Shown: positions 46,401 through 53,583 of the stretch, piece after piece
How the letters are laid out: every line of letters begins with the position of its first letter
How positions within the stretch are numbered: the stretch's first letter is position 1
Assembly: GCA_903857665.1 (NCBI GenBank)
Contig: CAIOFV010000084.1
Coordinates: 16,294 to 80,293, forward strand
DNA: 64,000 bases
Direction: 5' to 3'
From: an uncultured Myxococcales bacterium
Lineage (GTDB): Bacteria > Myxococcota_A > UBA9042 > DTJE01
The notes under the pieces: model-generated
What the model was told of the DNA's origin: nothing
The model's input: the letters and a program-made list of their open reading frames with translations, nothing else
The model's database searches: none
Program-made: the position numbers and the translations under genes

Positions 46401-48209
46401 GGGTGCGTGTACGTCGAGTCGTGTCCCGACGCCGATCCCTGCACGATCGATTCCTGCGACCTTGCCACCGGCCAGTGCCTGCACGCGAAGGTCAACTGCA
46501 AGGACAGCGATCCCTGCACCGAGGATACGTGCGACCCCCTGGTCGGGTCCTGCGTCCACCGCCCCAACTGCGACGATCTGGACCCGTGCACCACGGACCG
46601 GTGCGATCCGGTCCTGGAATGCGTGCACACGCCGGCGACCTGTGACGACGGCGACCCCTGCACGGTCGATACCTGCGTTGCCGGCCAGGGATGCGTCCAC
46701 ACGCCGAAGGACTGCAACGACGGCCTCTTCTGCACGGTGGATTCGTGCAATCCCGTGACGGGCGCCTGCTTGAACGTGGCGAAGAACTGCGACGATGGGG
46801 ATGGCTGCACGACCGACCGGTGCGACCAGACCACGGGCACATGCCTGCACGATCCGAAGGACTGCAACGACGGCCTGGACTGCACGGCGGATTCGTGCCG
46901 GAGCCCCGCCGGGACCTGTGTCCATGCGGATTCCTGCGACGTCGGCAACAAGTGCTTCCCCGCCTACTGCGAAGCCTCGACGGGCCAATGCAGGGTGATG
47001 CCCGTCAACTGCGACGACGACAACCGGTGCACCGCGGATTCGTGCGATCTGGCCGTCGGCTGCAAGCACGCGCCGGTGACCTGCGACGACGGGAACAAGT
47101 GCACGGAGGACACGTGCTCCCCGTCCTCCGGTTGCGAATTCACCACGAAGAACTGTGACGACGGCGACCCGTGCACGATCGACAGTTGCAACGTCGCGCT
47201 GGGATGCATCAACTCCCGGCTGTCGTGCACCCAGGGCGACCGCTGTACCGTGGATTCGTACTGCGAGGCCGATCCGGCAGACGCAACGTTGGCGAAGTGC
47301 GTTTACGTCGAACGGGATTGCCCGTGGTCGGACCCGTGCATCCCCGGGTACTGCGACCGGACGACCGGCCAGTGCAACACGACGCCACTGGACTGCAACG
47401 ACCACAACGTCTGCACGACGGACACCTGCGATCGACGCAGCGGCACCTGCACCCTGACCCCGGCTCTCAACTGCAACGACAGCAACCCCTGTACGCTCGA
47501 CGCCTGCAGCGCGGGCACCTCGGGTGCTGCCCAGTGCAACCATGTGGATGCCTGCGACGACCGGAACGCCTGCACGCTTGACAGTTGCGCTACCGGCCAG
47601 GGATGCGTCCACGTGGTGGACCACTCGAAGGCGAACTGCCTCTGCCATGCGAACTCGGACTGCGACGACTCGGATCCGTGCACGATCGACGTGTGCAACG
47701 GGTCCAACGAGTGCACGCACACCGCGAAGACCTGCACCCCGATCGACGATTGCCACGTGTCCACCTGCGACGGAACCACGGGGGCCTGCGTGTCGACTTT
47801 CGCCAAGGAATGCTGCGCGGTGGACGCCGACTGCGACGACGGCGCGCCCCACACGCAGGACGTCTGCCAGTCAGGCCATTGCCGGCACCTGTGGGCCTGC
47901 GACGACAACAACCCATGCACGCAGGACTTCCAGAATCCTCTGACCGGGGCCTGCAAGAACGTGACGGACACGTGCGCTGACGGCAACTCCTGCACGGACG
48001 ATTCCTGCAATGCGAACCAGGGTTGCGTGCACACTCAACAGGCAACCTGCTACCAGGTGACCTGCACGACCGACAGCGATTGCGCAGACAACCGTACCTG
48101 CACGATCGACATCTGCGTGGCCACTGGCGGCATTCTGAACACCTGCGTGCATCCGGCAATGTGGTGCCCGCCTGGCAAGGCCTGCGTGGAAGGATTCGGC
48201 TGCATGTAG
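43425..48209 (+). CDS. giant lipoprotein of about 100 Myxococcus-type cysteine-rich repeats (TIGR02232/DUF4215-like; 1594 aa)
   Basis: RBS GGAGG. Lipobox VVGALASGCGG. Acidic linker, then continuous C(D/N)DG(D/N)(P/A)CT.D.CD...G.C motif to the C-terminus. Confidence 0.8.
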   Translation: MARCIRLRDSLRRIALLAVVGALASGCGGSNKPKDVLSDTQGEDEDSLVAPDILDVPDLVPDVPVRDPGTEVDAADVPEDEIGPVEVFTEDVHTDAGCEIDSDCPDPGPCLVGRCVDGICSTEARDCQDGDPCTKDSCDQTTGCAHDAISGCTTCGVSTDCIGHEPNQCVRGSCGLLDAGDASPPCPSAGSCPDGLECSPDSSQCVAHACRWITRVCDDQDPCTTDGCDPDRGCTHVQAVDAPPACHTCTKDLDCANLVADPCSVITCYLTSGRCRVDPKSCDDGNQCTVDSCDPATGCLHVEKVCNDGDSCTTDSCNPATGTCVAIDLSCDDGDACTTDFCVPGVGCQHNPLSCDDRNPCTEDRCTGGQCTWENKTCDDGNACTADTCVRTDGSCKSVQRTCDDGNPCTLDSCDRTAGCIHTDIACSDNDACTLDRCDPALGCVHQRLPSCPCTTNAQCNDGNACTTEVCDTGVCKYVATQCSDGDACTADWCDAATGTCQKVVRDCEDNDPCTIDLCAPGVGCVHSAQACDDQNPCTTDLCDRVTGACAHVVKDCDDGNPVTVDRCNPDTGNCTNVPTTCSDGDSCTTDTFDAISGTCRHTMINCDYNNACTTDSCIPLKGCVHLPSPKPGCSTACLIDKDCSDGNPCTVDQCDQATKLCGYTVKDCSDGNPCTLDECNSTTGACKNTLNTCNDLNPCTIDSCDAVTGACVHTDKNCDDGNPCTTDICDQTTGKCLSTPVIVDDGDACTVDRCDPVSGVILHLQASCDDGDLCTIDKCDPATGACINTVKTCEDLDACTADSCDPSTGACLNVRKSCDDGDPCTQDSCHPMTGQCLHTKRSCDDGNTCTMDSCDSASGACVHQDRSCDDGEPCSVDSCVRNVGCVHTPLSCDDGDPCTVDACEGTGCSHRPVANCKACTVATDCQVTDPCAVGVCNQATHQCSWTYADCNDRDPCTADSCIAGTGTCKHTRKDCNDGLACTYDYCDSTSGGCVYVESCPDADPCTIDSCDLATGQCLHAKVNCKDSDPCTEDTCDPLVGSCVHRPNCDDLDPCTTDRCDPVLECVHTPATCDDGDPCTVDTCVAGQGCVHTPKDCNDGLFCTVDSCNPVTGACLNVAKNCDDGDGCTTDRCDQTTGTCLHDPKDCNDGLDCTADSCRSPAGTCVHADSCDVGNKCFPAYCEASTGQCRVMPVNCDDDNRCTADSCDLAVGCKHAPVTCDDGNKCTEDTCSPSSGCEFTTKNCDDGDPCTIDSCNVALGCINSRLSCTQGDRCTVDSYCEADPADATLAKCVYVERDCPWSDPCIPGYCDRTTGQCNTTPLDCNDHNVCTTDTCDRRSGTCTLTPALNCNDSNPCTLDACSAGTSGAAQCNHVDACDDRNACTLDSCATGQGCVHVVDHSKANCLCHANSDCDDSDPCTIDVCNGSNECTHTAKTCTPIDDCHVSTCDGTTGACVSTFAKECCAVDADCDDGAPHTQDVCQSGHCRHLWACDDNNPCTQDFQNPLTGACKNVTDTCADGNSCTDDSCNANQGCVHTQQATCYQVTCTTDSDCADNRTCTIDICVATGGILNTCVHPAMWCPPGKACVEGFGCM

Positions 48210-48217
48210 GCGGCGAG

Positions 48218-48256
48218 ACCTGCTCTGAACCTGCACGGGACCTGCCTGTAACCTGC
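48218..48256. repeat. four ACCTGC hexamers at exact 11-bp phasing immediately 3' of the giant lipoprotein gene stop
   Basis: ACCTGC at 48218, 48229, 48240, 48251. Stop codon TAG at 48207-48209. Followed by palindrome CCCCCGGGG (48288-48296). Confidence 0.55.
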
Positions 48257-48449
48257 TGCAATCCCCCTGAATATTGGTCCCCCGGGGTTCTGGGCATCGC
48301 CACGTCGCCGAGGGTTCATCGACGGCACATGCCACCGATTGCACAGGGTGTACCGACCGCACAAGGGGTGCGCCCGTCGTCAACGGCCGGCGCATCCCGG
48401 CCCTGCGTGTATTCGGCAACGGGTCGGGGTCGAGGCAGCGGGTCCGCCG

Positions 48450-48509
48450 GGAGAAGCGGGGGCAGGAGAAGCGGGCCCTGGAGAAGCGGGCCCTGGAGAA
48501 GCGGCGGCG
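48450..48509. repeat. 4 x 15-bp tandem repeat GGAGAAGCGGG(G/C)(G/C)C(A/T) directly 3' of the minus-strand pgsA-like gene
   Basis: Copies at 48450, 48465, 48480, 48495. Stop codon of the minus-strand gene at 48514-48516. Confidence 0.55.
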
Positions 48510-48513
48510 GCGC

Positions 48514-49137
48514 CTACTTCCTGCCGGCGATCCGGTTGATGGCGAGGTAGTAGTCGATCAGGGAGATCAGGGCCCCCAGCGCGACGAGGATCGACAGGAC
48601 CTGGGCGACGGGCGCCACCAGGTCGCGCAGGCCTTCGACATAGTGCGCGACGACCAGGAACCCGACGATGAGGTTCGCGGCGATGGCCTGGCTGAGGGCC
48701 TTGATCTTGCCGGACGGGCGGGCCTGGACGACGTATCCCTCCTTGGCCGCAATGACCCGCAGCGTGCTGACCACCGCCTCCCGATAGTAGACGACCAGGA
48801 GCACCCAGAAGGGGATCAGGCCCACCCACATCAGGCAGAGGAATGCCCCGACGTGCGACAGGGTGTCGGCGAGGGGGTCCACCAGTTTCCCAAGGTCGGT
48901 CACGGTGCCGTGGTGACGGGCGATCGCCCCATCCACCAGGTCCGACACTTCCTGCAGGAACATCAGGGCCCAGGCGGCGATCAGGAATTCGGGACGGATA
49001 TCGACGATCAGCGTTTCGATCGGCGCCCCGTAGCCGCTGCCCCGCAGTCCCAGCCAGAACAGCAGAACGAAGATGGGGCTGGCCACCAGCCTCGAAAAGG
49101 TGATCCACAGGGGCAGGTTGGTCGGAGCGATAACCAC
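48514..49137 (-). CDS. CDP-alcohol phosphatidyltransferase family protein (PgsA-like)
   Basis: DLVDGAIARHHGTVTDLGKLVDPLADTL = D-G-x2-A-R-x8-G-x3-D-x3-D signature. Multiple TM helices. N-terminus APTNLPLWITFSRL resembles the PgsA start. GTG start at 49137 inferred; there is no in-frame ATG nearby. Confidence 0.6.
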   Translation of the reverse strand: MVIAPTNLPLWITFSRLVASPIFVLLFWLGLRGSGYGAPIETLIVDIRPEFLIAAWALMFLQEVSDLVDGAIARHHGTVTDLGKLVDPLADTLSHVGAFLCLMWVGLIPFWVLLVVYYREAVVSTLRVIAAKEGYVVQARPSGKIKALSQAIAANLIVGFLVVAHYVEGLRDLVAPVAQVLSILVALGALISLIDYYLAINRIAGRK

Positions 49138-49181
49138 GGCCGTATCGTAGGCGAAACCCCTCCCGGGCGCGAGAGGAAAAA

Positions 49182-49889
49182 TCACCGCGAGCCGGTCCCC
49201 GTCGGGTCGGTGGAAGGTTCGGCCGCGGCGGGTTCGGGCGCGGCATCGGCGGGATCGGGCGGGGCAACGGGGGCCTCGGGCGCACCCACGACGGGATCGG
49301 GCGGGGCCACGACGGGTTCGGGCGCGGCCGGAACGGGCGGGGCCCCGGCAGGATCGAGCAGGGGCTGGGCCGCCGGAGCACGTCGAATCAGCGCTACCAG
49401 TTCGTCCACGCGCTCGGCGGACAGCCGGCCGCTGCACGCCCAGCGGACCACCCCGTCCGGGCCGAACAGGACCATCGACGAAGTGCGATCGACGACCCCC
49501 AGCGCCTTCGCCGCCTCGCCGTTCCAGTCCCCGAACAGTGTCCGTCCCATTTCCTTCGACCGCTTCCGCAGTTCCTTCTGCGCGAACGGCTTCGCCGGCC
49601 AGAACCTCCAGCGCCGCATGTCCGCCACCGGCATCACGACGAGTGTCCGGGGCAGCGACTTGTCGCGCGACAGGCGTTTCTTCAGCGCTGCATTCCAATC
49701 GACGGCGACCTTGTCTTCGTACATCACGAGGATCGCCCGACCGGCGAACGTCGAAAACCGCACGGCCGCACCGTCGGGGTCCTCGACGACGAAGTCGCCC
49801 GGCCGGGCGCCCTTGCCGACGAGCGCCATCACGGGCGCACCGGCCAGCAGGGCGGCCACGCAGGCCAGGATTGCCCAGGGGCGGACCAT
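49182..49889 (-). CDS. secreted thioredoxin-fold-like protein lacking CxxC, with Pro/Ala-rich C-terminal tail
   Basis: Perfect RBS GGAGGAGGG before ATG. Signal peptide MVRPWAILACVAALLAGAPVMA. PGDFVVEDPDGAAVRFSTFAGRAILVMY resembles the redoxin N-terminus without the catalytic Cys. APPDPV repeats at the C-terminus. Confidence 0.55.
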   Translation of the reverse strand: MVRPWAILACVAALLAGAPVMALVGKGARPGDFVVEDPDGAAVRFSTFAGRAILVMYEDKVAVDWNAALKKRLSRDKSLPRTLVVMPVADMRRWRFWPAKPFAQKELRKRSKEMGRTLFGDWNGEAAKALGVVDRTSSMVLFGPDGVVRWACSGRLSAERVDELVALIRRAPAAQPLLDPAGAPPVPAAPEPVVAPPDPVVGAPEAPVAPPDPADAAPEPAAAEPSTDPTGTGSR

Positions 49890-49907
49890 GCTCCCTCCTC
49901 CGGCGCA

Positions 49908-50402
49908 TCACACCGGGACGATTTCCGCGCGGACCCGGCCGCCTTCCAGGTGCAGGCGAGCCACGGTCACGGGCAACTGGAACCTGCGCGGCCCGGCGCT
50001 TCCCGGGTTCAGATACATGACGCCGTTGCGTTCGATCGCCTCGGGACGGTGCGAATGGCCCGATATCACCAGGGCCAGGCCGGCCGCCTTCGGATCCAGG
50101 TCGAGCGCCGAGCGATCGTGGATCATCACACCGTCGATGCCGTCGAAATCGATCCACTCGCGGGCAGGCAGATCGCTGGACCACGGGGCCGTGTCGGTGT
50201 TCCCGCGGACCGCGATCACGGGTGCCACGGACTCCAGGGCGCGCAGCACCTCGGGCGACCCGATGTCGCCGGCGTGCAGGATGCACCGGGCCCCGGCCAG
50301 GGCATCCAGGGCGGACGGGCGGACGAGGCCGTGCGTATCCGAAATGACGCCGATGAAGGACGACGCATGGAGGGAGGCTGAATCCACGACATACCGATTC
50401 AA
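49908..50402 (-). CDS. metallophosphoesterase (YfcE/MJ0936 family)
   Basis: GVISDTHG ... HAGD ... GNTD ... ISGHSH motifs. Confidence 0.75.
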   Translation of the reverse strand: MNRYVVDSASLHASSFIGVISDTHGLVRPSALDALAGARCILHAGDIGSPEVLRALESVAPVIAVRGNTDTAPWSSDLPAREWIDFDGIDGVMIHDRSALDLDPKAAGLALVISGHSHRPEAIERNGVMYLNPGSAGPRRFQLPVTVARLHLEGGRVRAEIVPV

Positions 50403-50494
50403 AGGGTGAAAACAACAACGGGCAGGCCCGGTTACCCGGGCCTGCCCGTTGCATCATTCGACATTCTGTCGGGACGGAAGGACCGTCCGCCGGA

Positions 50495-50866
50495 TCAGAA
50501 GCGCCGCGGACCGCGATCGTAACCGCCGCCGCCGCCGCCACCACCGCCGTAGCCGCCACCGCCGCCGCCACCGCCGTAGCCGCCGCGACCGCCGCCGCCG
50601 CCACCACCGCGATCCTCGCGCTCACGCGGGAAGTCGACCTTGACCGCGCGACCGTCGATGATCTGGCCGTCCATTTCCGCCTTGGCACGAGCCGCGGCTT
50701 CCTCGGTCGTGAACGTCACGAACCCGAAGCCCTTCGACCGGCCGGTCTCGCGGTCCACGATCACGCGGACTTCCTCGATTTCGCCGTACTGCTCGCACGC
50801 CGCGCGCAGCGAGGCCTCGGTGGTCGCCCACGCCAGACCGCCCATGAACAGCTTGTTCTTCTGCAT
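50495..50866 (-). CDS. RRM-type glycine-rich RNA-binding protein
   Basis: RNP2 KLFMGGL and RNP1 KGFGFVTF. C-terminal Gly/Tyr/Arg-rich tail (GGYGGGGGGGGYGGG). Confidence 0.85.
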   Translation of the reverse strand: MQKNKLFMGGLAWATTEASLRAACEQYGEIEEVRVIVDRETGRSKGFGFVTFTTEEAAARAKAEMDGQIIDGRAVKVDFPREREDRGGGGGGGRGGYGGGGGGGGYGGGGGGGGGYDRGPRRF

Positions 50867-51107
50867 CGGAAAACTCCTTGAACCGGGACTCTCGTCCCAA
50901 CGTGCCCGGAACCCGGGCTCTCATCGGACGGCACGACGTTTTCACGCCACCGTCCACACCTCCTGAGAGCTGGCGTGCATGCACACGGGATCATTATTCC
51001 GGGTCACGAAGGTCGGATGGAAGACCAGATGAACCGCGGATCGCAGATCGAGTGTGGTCAGGGTAGCCACCTCCAGAGTCGCCCCAATTTTACCGAGGCA
51101 AAAATGG

Positions 51108-51125
51108 AAAATCAAGCGTGATTTT
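51108..51125. promoter_or_regulatory. AT-rich inverted repeat AAAATCA-agcg-TGATTTT in the rbp/ptb-buk divergent intergenic region
   Basis: Perfect 7-bp arms, 4-bp spacer. Sits in a local AT-rich island in DNA that is about 70% GC, about 115 bp upstream of the ptb-buk ATG. Confidence 0.35.
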
Positions 51126-51239
51126 TGGACCTTCCGGAATGGTTCCGGTGACTCCGGTGATCCTGCCCCCCTGACGCATTGCGTCAGGATGGGGATGTGG
51201 TATGAAGCGATGCGGGCGGGCGGAACGGGAGAAAGCGGC

Positions 51240-53465
51240 ATGTACGACATCGAAGGGGCCCTGGAACGGCAACTTGCGCTGGTGGCGACGGACCGGCCGA
51301 CGGTCGTGTTCACCGAGGCGCTGGACCCCCGCGTGCTGGAAGCGGTATGTCACCTGGCACGCCACTGCCGCCCGGTATTGCTGGCGCCCGAGAAGGAGGT
51401 CCGCTACCTGGCCGCGCGCGAGCTGACCCACGTGGATCCGAACCGGCTGGAGTTCGCGCTGTCGGAATCGACGTTCGTGCGCGTCAAGGACCGCACGGAC
51501 CTGATCGACGAGTTCGCCCACGTCTGCCAGGAGCGGAAGGACTGCGCCACGCTGTGCCCCGACGCGGTTGCCGCGAAGGCCCGCATGTCCGACCCGGCGA
51601 TCTTCGGGCTGTTCGCGGTCAAGCAGGGCCACGCGGACATGGTGGTCGGCGGCGCGACCCACACCCCGCGGGACTACTTCCGGCCCATGCTGAACCTGTT
51701 TTCGACGCGCCGCGACGTGTGCGAGGCGGGCGTGTTCGTGCTGCCGGACGAGCACCCGGCGGACATGTTCCCGCACAACATCGTGGTCTTCGGCGATACC
51801 GGCGTCAACGCCACCATGACGCCCGAGGTGCTGGCCGAGGTGGCGGTGGGCACGTGCAGCGTGGCCCGCGACCTGTTCCCGGAGGACGTCCTGCCGACCA
51901 TCGAGGGCGCCCTGGTGTCGTATTCGAACCGCGGGTCCGACGAGGGCCCGTCGCCCGAGCTGGTCCGCCGGGCGATGGAACTGGTGCCGGCCGTGCTGGC
52001 TCGACGCATCACGCGGGGCGAGCGCTATCGCTCGATCCGCATCACGGGCGAAGTGAAGATCAACGCCGCGCTGTCCCGCCGATCGGCCGCCTACTATTTC
52101 CAGAGCGACGGCGAGGAGGCGCCTCCCCCGGCCAACGTCATCATCTGCCCCAACGTCGATATGGGGAACCTGCTTTACAACCTGTATGCGGTGCGGTTCC
52201 CGACGGCCAAGAAGTTCCCGGTCGTCACCGGCGTGGGCAGCCAGGCCGTCGACATGGCGCTGGACACCACGGCCGAGGACGCGCGCCTGGCGGTCAAGGC
52301 CACCCTTCTGCGCCTGCACCTGCACGGCGGCTGGAAGTCGACCCCCAAGGACACGTTCATCCCGCGCCACCGCATCCTGGCGATCAACCCGGGCAGCACG
52401 TCCACCAAGATCGCCGTGTACGAGAACGACCGAGAGGTGTTCACCCGCGAATTGCAGCACGCGGCCGAGCACCTGGAGCCATTCGAGGGGCAGAAGGTTT
52501 CGGCGCAGTTCGCGTTCCGGAAGGACGCGGTGATCCAGGCCCTCGCGGACAACGGGCTGTCCGTCGCCGACCTGCATGCCGTGTCGGGCCGCGGCGGACT
52601 GGTCCACCCGATCCCGCACGGCACCTACGTCGTGGACCAGCCGCTGCTGGACGACCTGCGGGCCGGCGTGCTGGGCGACCACGCGTCGAACCTCGGCGGC
52701 CTGATCGCGGTCGAGATGGTGTCGGGCACCGGCAAGCCGGCCTTCATCGTGGACCCGCCCGTGGTGGACGAGGTGCCGACCCGCGTGAAGATCACGGGCT
52801 TCAAGTCGGTGCGCCGCAAGGTCATCAGCCACGCGCTGAACCAGGTGGCCACGGCACGGAGGTACGCCGAGGAGAACGAGACCTTCTACGAGCATGTCAA
52901 CGTCATCGTCGCCCACATGGGCGGGGGGATTTCCATCGGGGCGCACCACAAGGGCCGGTTCGTGGACGTCAACAACGCGCTGGACGGCGAGGGGCCGTTC
53001 ACGCCGCAGCGGTCCGGGTCCCTGCCCGTGGGGCAACTGCTGGAAATGTGCTTTTCGGGGGCGTATTCGAAGGCCGAACTGCAGGCGCTGGTGAAGGGAC
53101 GCGGGGGGCTGATCGACCTGCTGGGCACCGCGGACCTGCGGGAGGTCGAGCGGCGGATCGCCGAGGGCGACGCGTTGGCCGCCGAGGTCTTCGAGGCGAT
53201 GGCCTACCAGGTGTCCAAGTGGATCACGTCGCTGCTGCCCGCCTTCGACGGCGAGCCCGTGGACAGGATCCTCCTGACCGGCGGCATGGCCCGCAGCGCG
53301 GCCCTCGTGGCCCGGATCGAAGGCTTCGTTGCGGCCCTCGGCTGCGGCGTGACCGTGTACCCCGGCGAGAACGAGATGGCCGCGCTGGCCAAGGGAGCCC
53401 TGCGCGTGCTGAACGGGAAGGAGAAGGCGCGATCGTATCGCCCTCCCGATCCGGGCACCGCCTGA
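51240..53465 (+). CDS. fused phosphate acetyl/butyryl-transferase + butyrate/acetate kinase (Ptb-Buk fusion, 741 aa)
   Basis: N-terminal part aligns with the Pta/Ptb C-terminal catalytic region (DPAIFGLFAVKQGHADMVVGGATHTPRDYFRPML...LVSYSNRGSDEGPS). C-terminal part starts RILAINPGSTSTKIAVYEND..., the butyrate kinase family. One uninterrupted frame. RBS GGGAG. Confidence 0.8.
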   Translation: MYDIEGALERQLALVATDRPTVVFTEALDPRVLEAVCHLARHCRPVLLAPEKEVRYLAARELTHVDPNRLEFALSESTFVRVKDRTDLIDEFAHVCQERKDCATLCPDAVAAKARMSDPAIFGLFAVKQGHADMVVGGATHTPRDYFRPMLNLFSTRRDVCEAGVFVLPDEHPADMFPHNIVVFGDTGVNATMTPEVLAEVAVGTCSVARDLFPEDVLPTIEGALVSYSNRGSDEGPSPELVRRAMELVPAVLARRITRGERYRSIRITGEVKINAALSRRSAAYYFQSDGEEAPPPANVIICPNVDMGNLLYNLYAVRFPTAKKFPVVTGVGSQAVDMALDTTAEDARLAVKATLLRLHLHGGWKSTPKDTFIPRHRILAINPGSTSTKIAVYENDREVFTRELQHAAEHLEPFEGQKVSAQFAFRKDAVIQALADNGLSVADLHAVSGRGGLVHPIPHGTYVVDQPLLDDLRAGVLGDHASNLGGLIAVEMVSGTGKPAFIVDPPVVDEVPTRVKITGFKSVRRKVISHALNQVATARRYAEENETFYEHVNVIVAHMGGGISIGAHHKGRFVDVNNALDGEGPFTPQRSGSLPVGQLLEMCFSGAYSKAELQALVKGRGGLIDLLGTADLREVERRIAEGDALAAEVFEAMAYQVSKWITSLLPAFDGEPVDRILLTGGMARSAALVARIEGFVAALGCGVTVYPGENEMAALAKGALRVLNGKEKARSYRPPDPGTA

Positions 53466-53583
53466 CGGAACCTCCCGACACGGCCGGATTCGCCCCCCGC
53501 TTTCCCCATCCCGGCGGAAGTTGGCATTCAGGGCCGGAAGTTCCTATTCTTCTATCGCCTTTGTATCGGCACGGGAGGAATCC

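Noticed and set aside
43329-47852. 1507-aa minus-strand ORF
   Set aside because: Antisense shadow of the 1594-aa Cys-repeat lipoprotein.
48450-48509. Possible CRISPR array
   Set aside because: Units are 15 bp and directly tandem with no spacers. Far too short for CRISPR repeats.
48274-50688. 711-aa + ORF and the long N-terminal part of the 724-aa minus ORF
   Set aside because: Only the last 207 codons of the minus ORF carry the CDP-alcohol phosphatidyltransferase signature. Upstream is low-complexity. Separate genes (Trx-like, metallophosphoesterase) occupy that span in other frames with RBSs.
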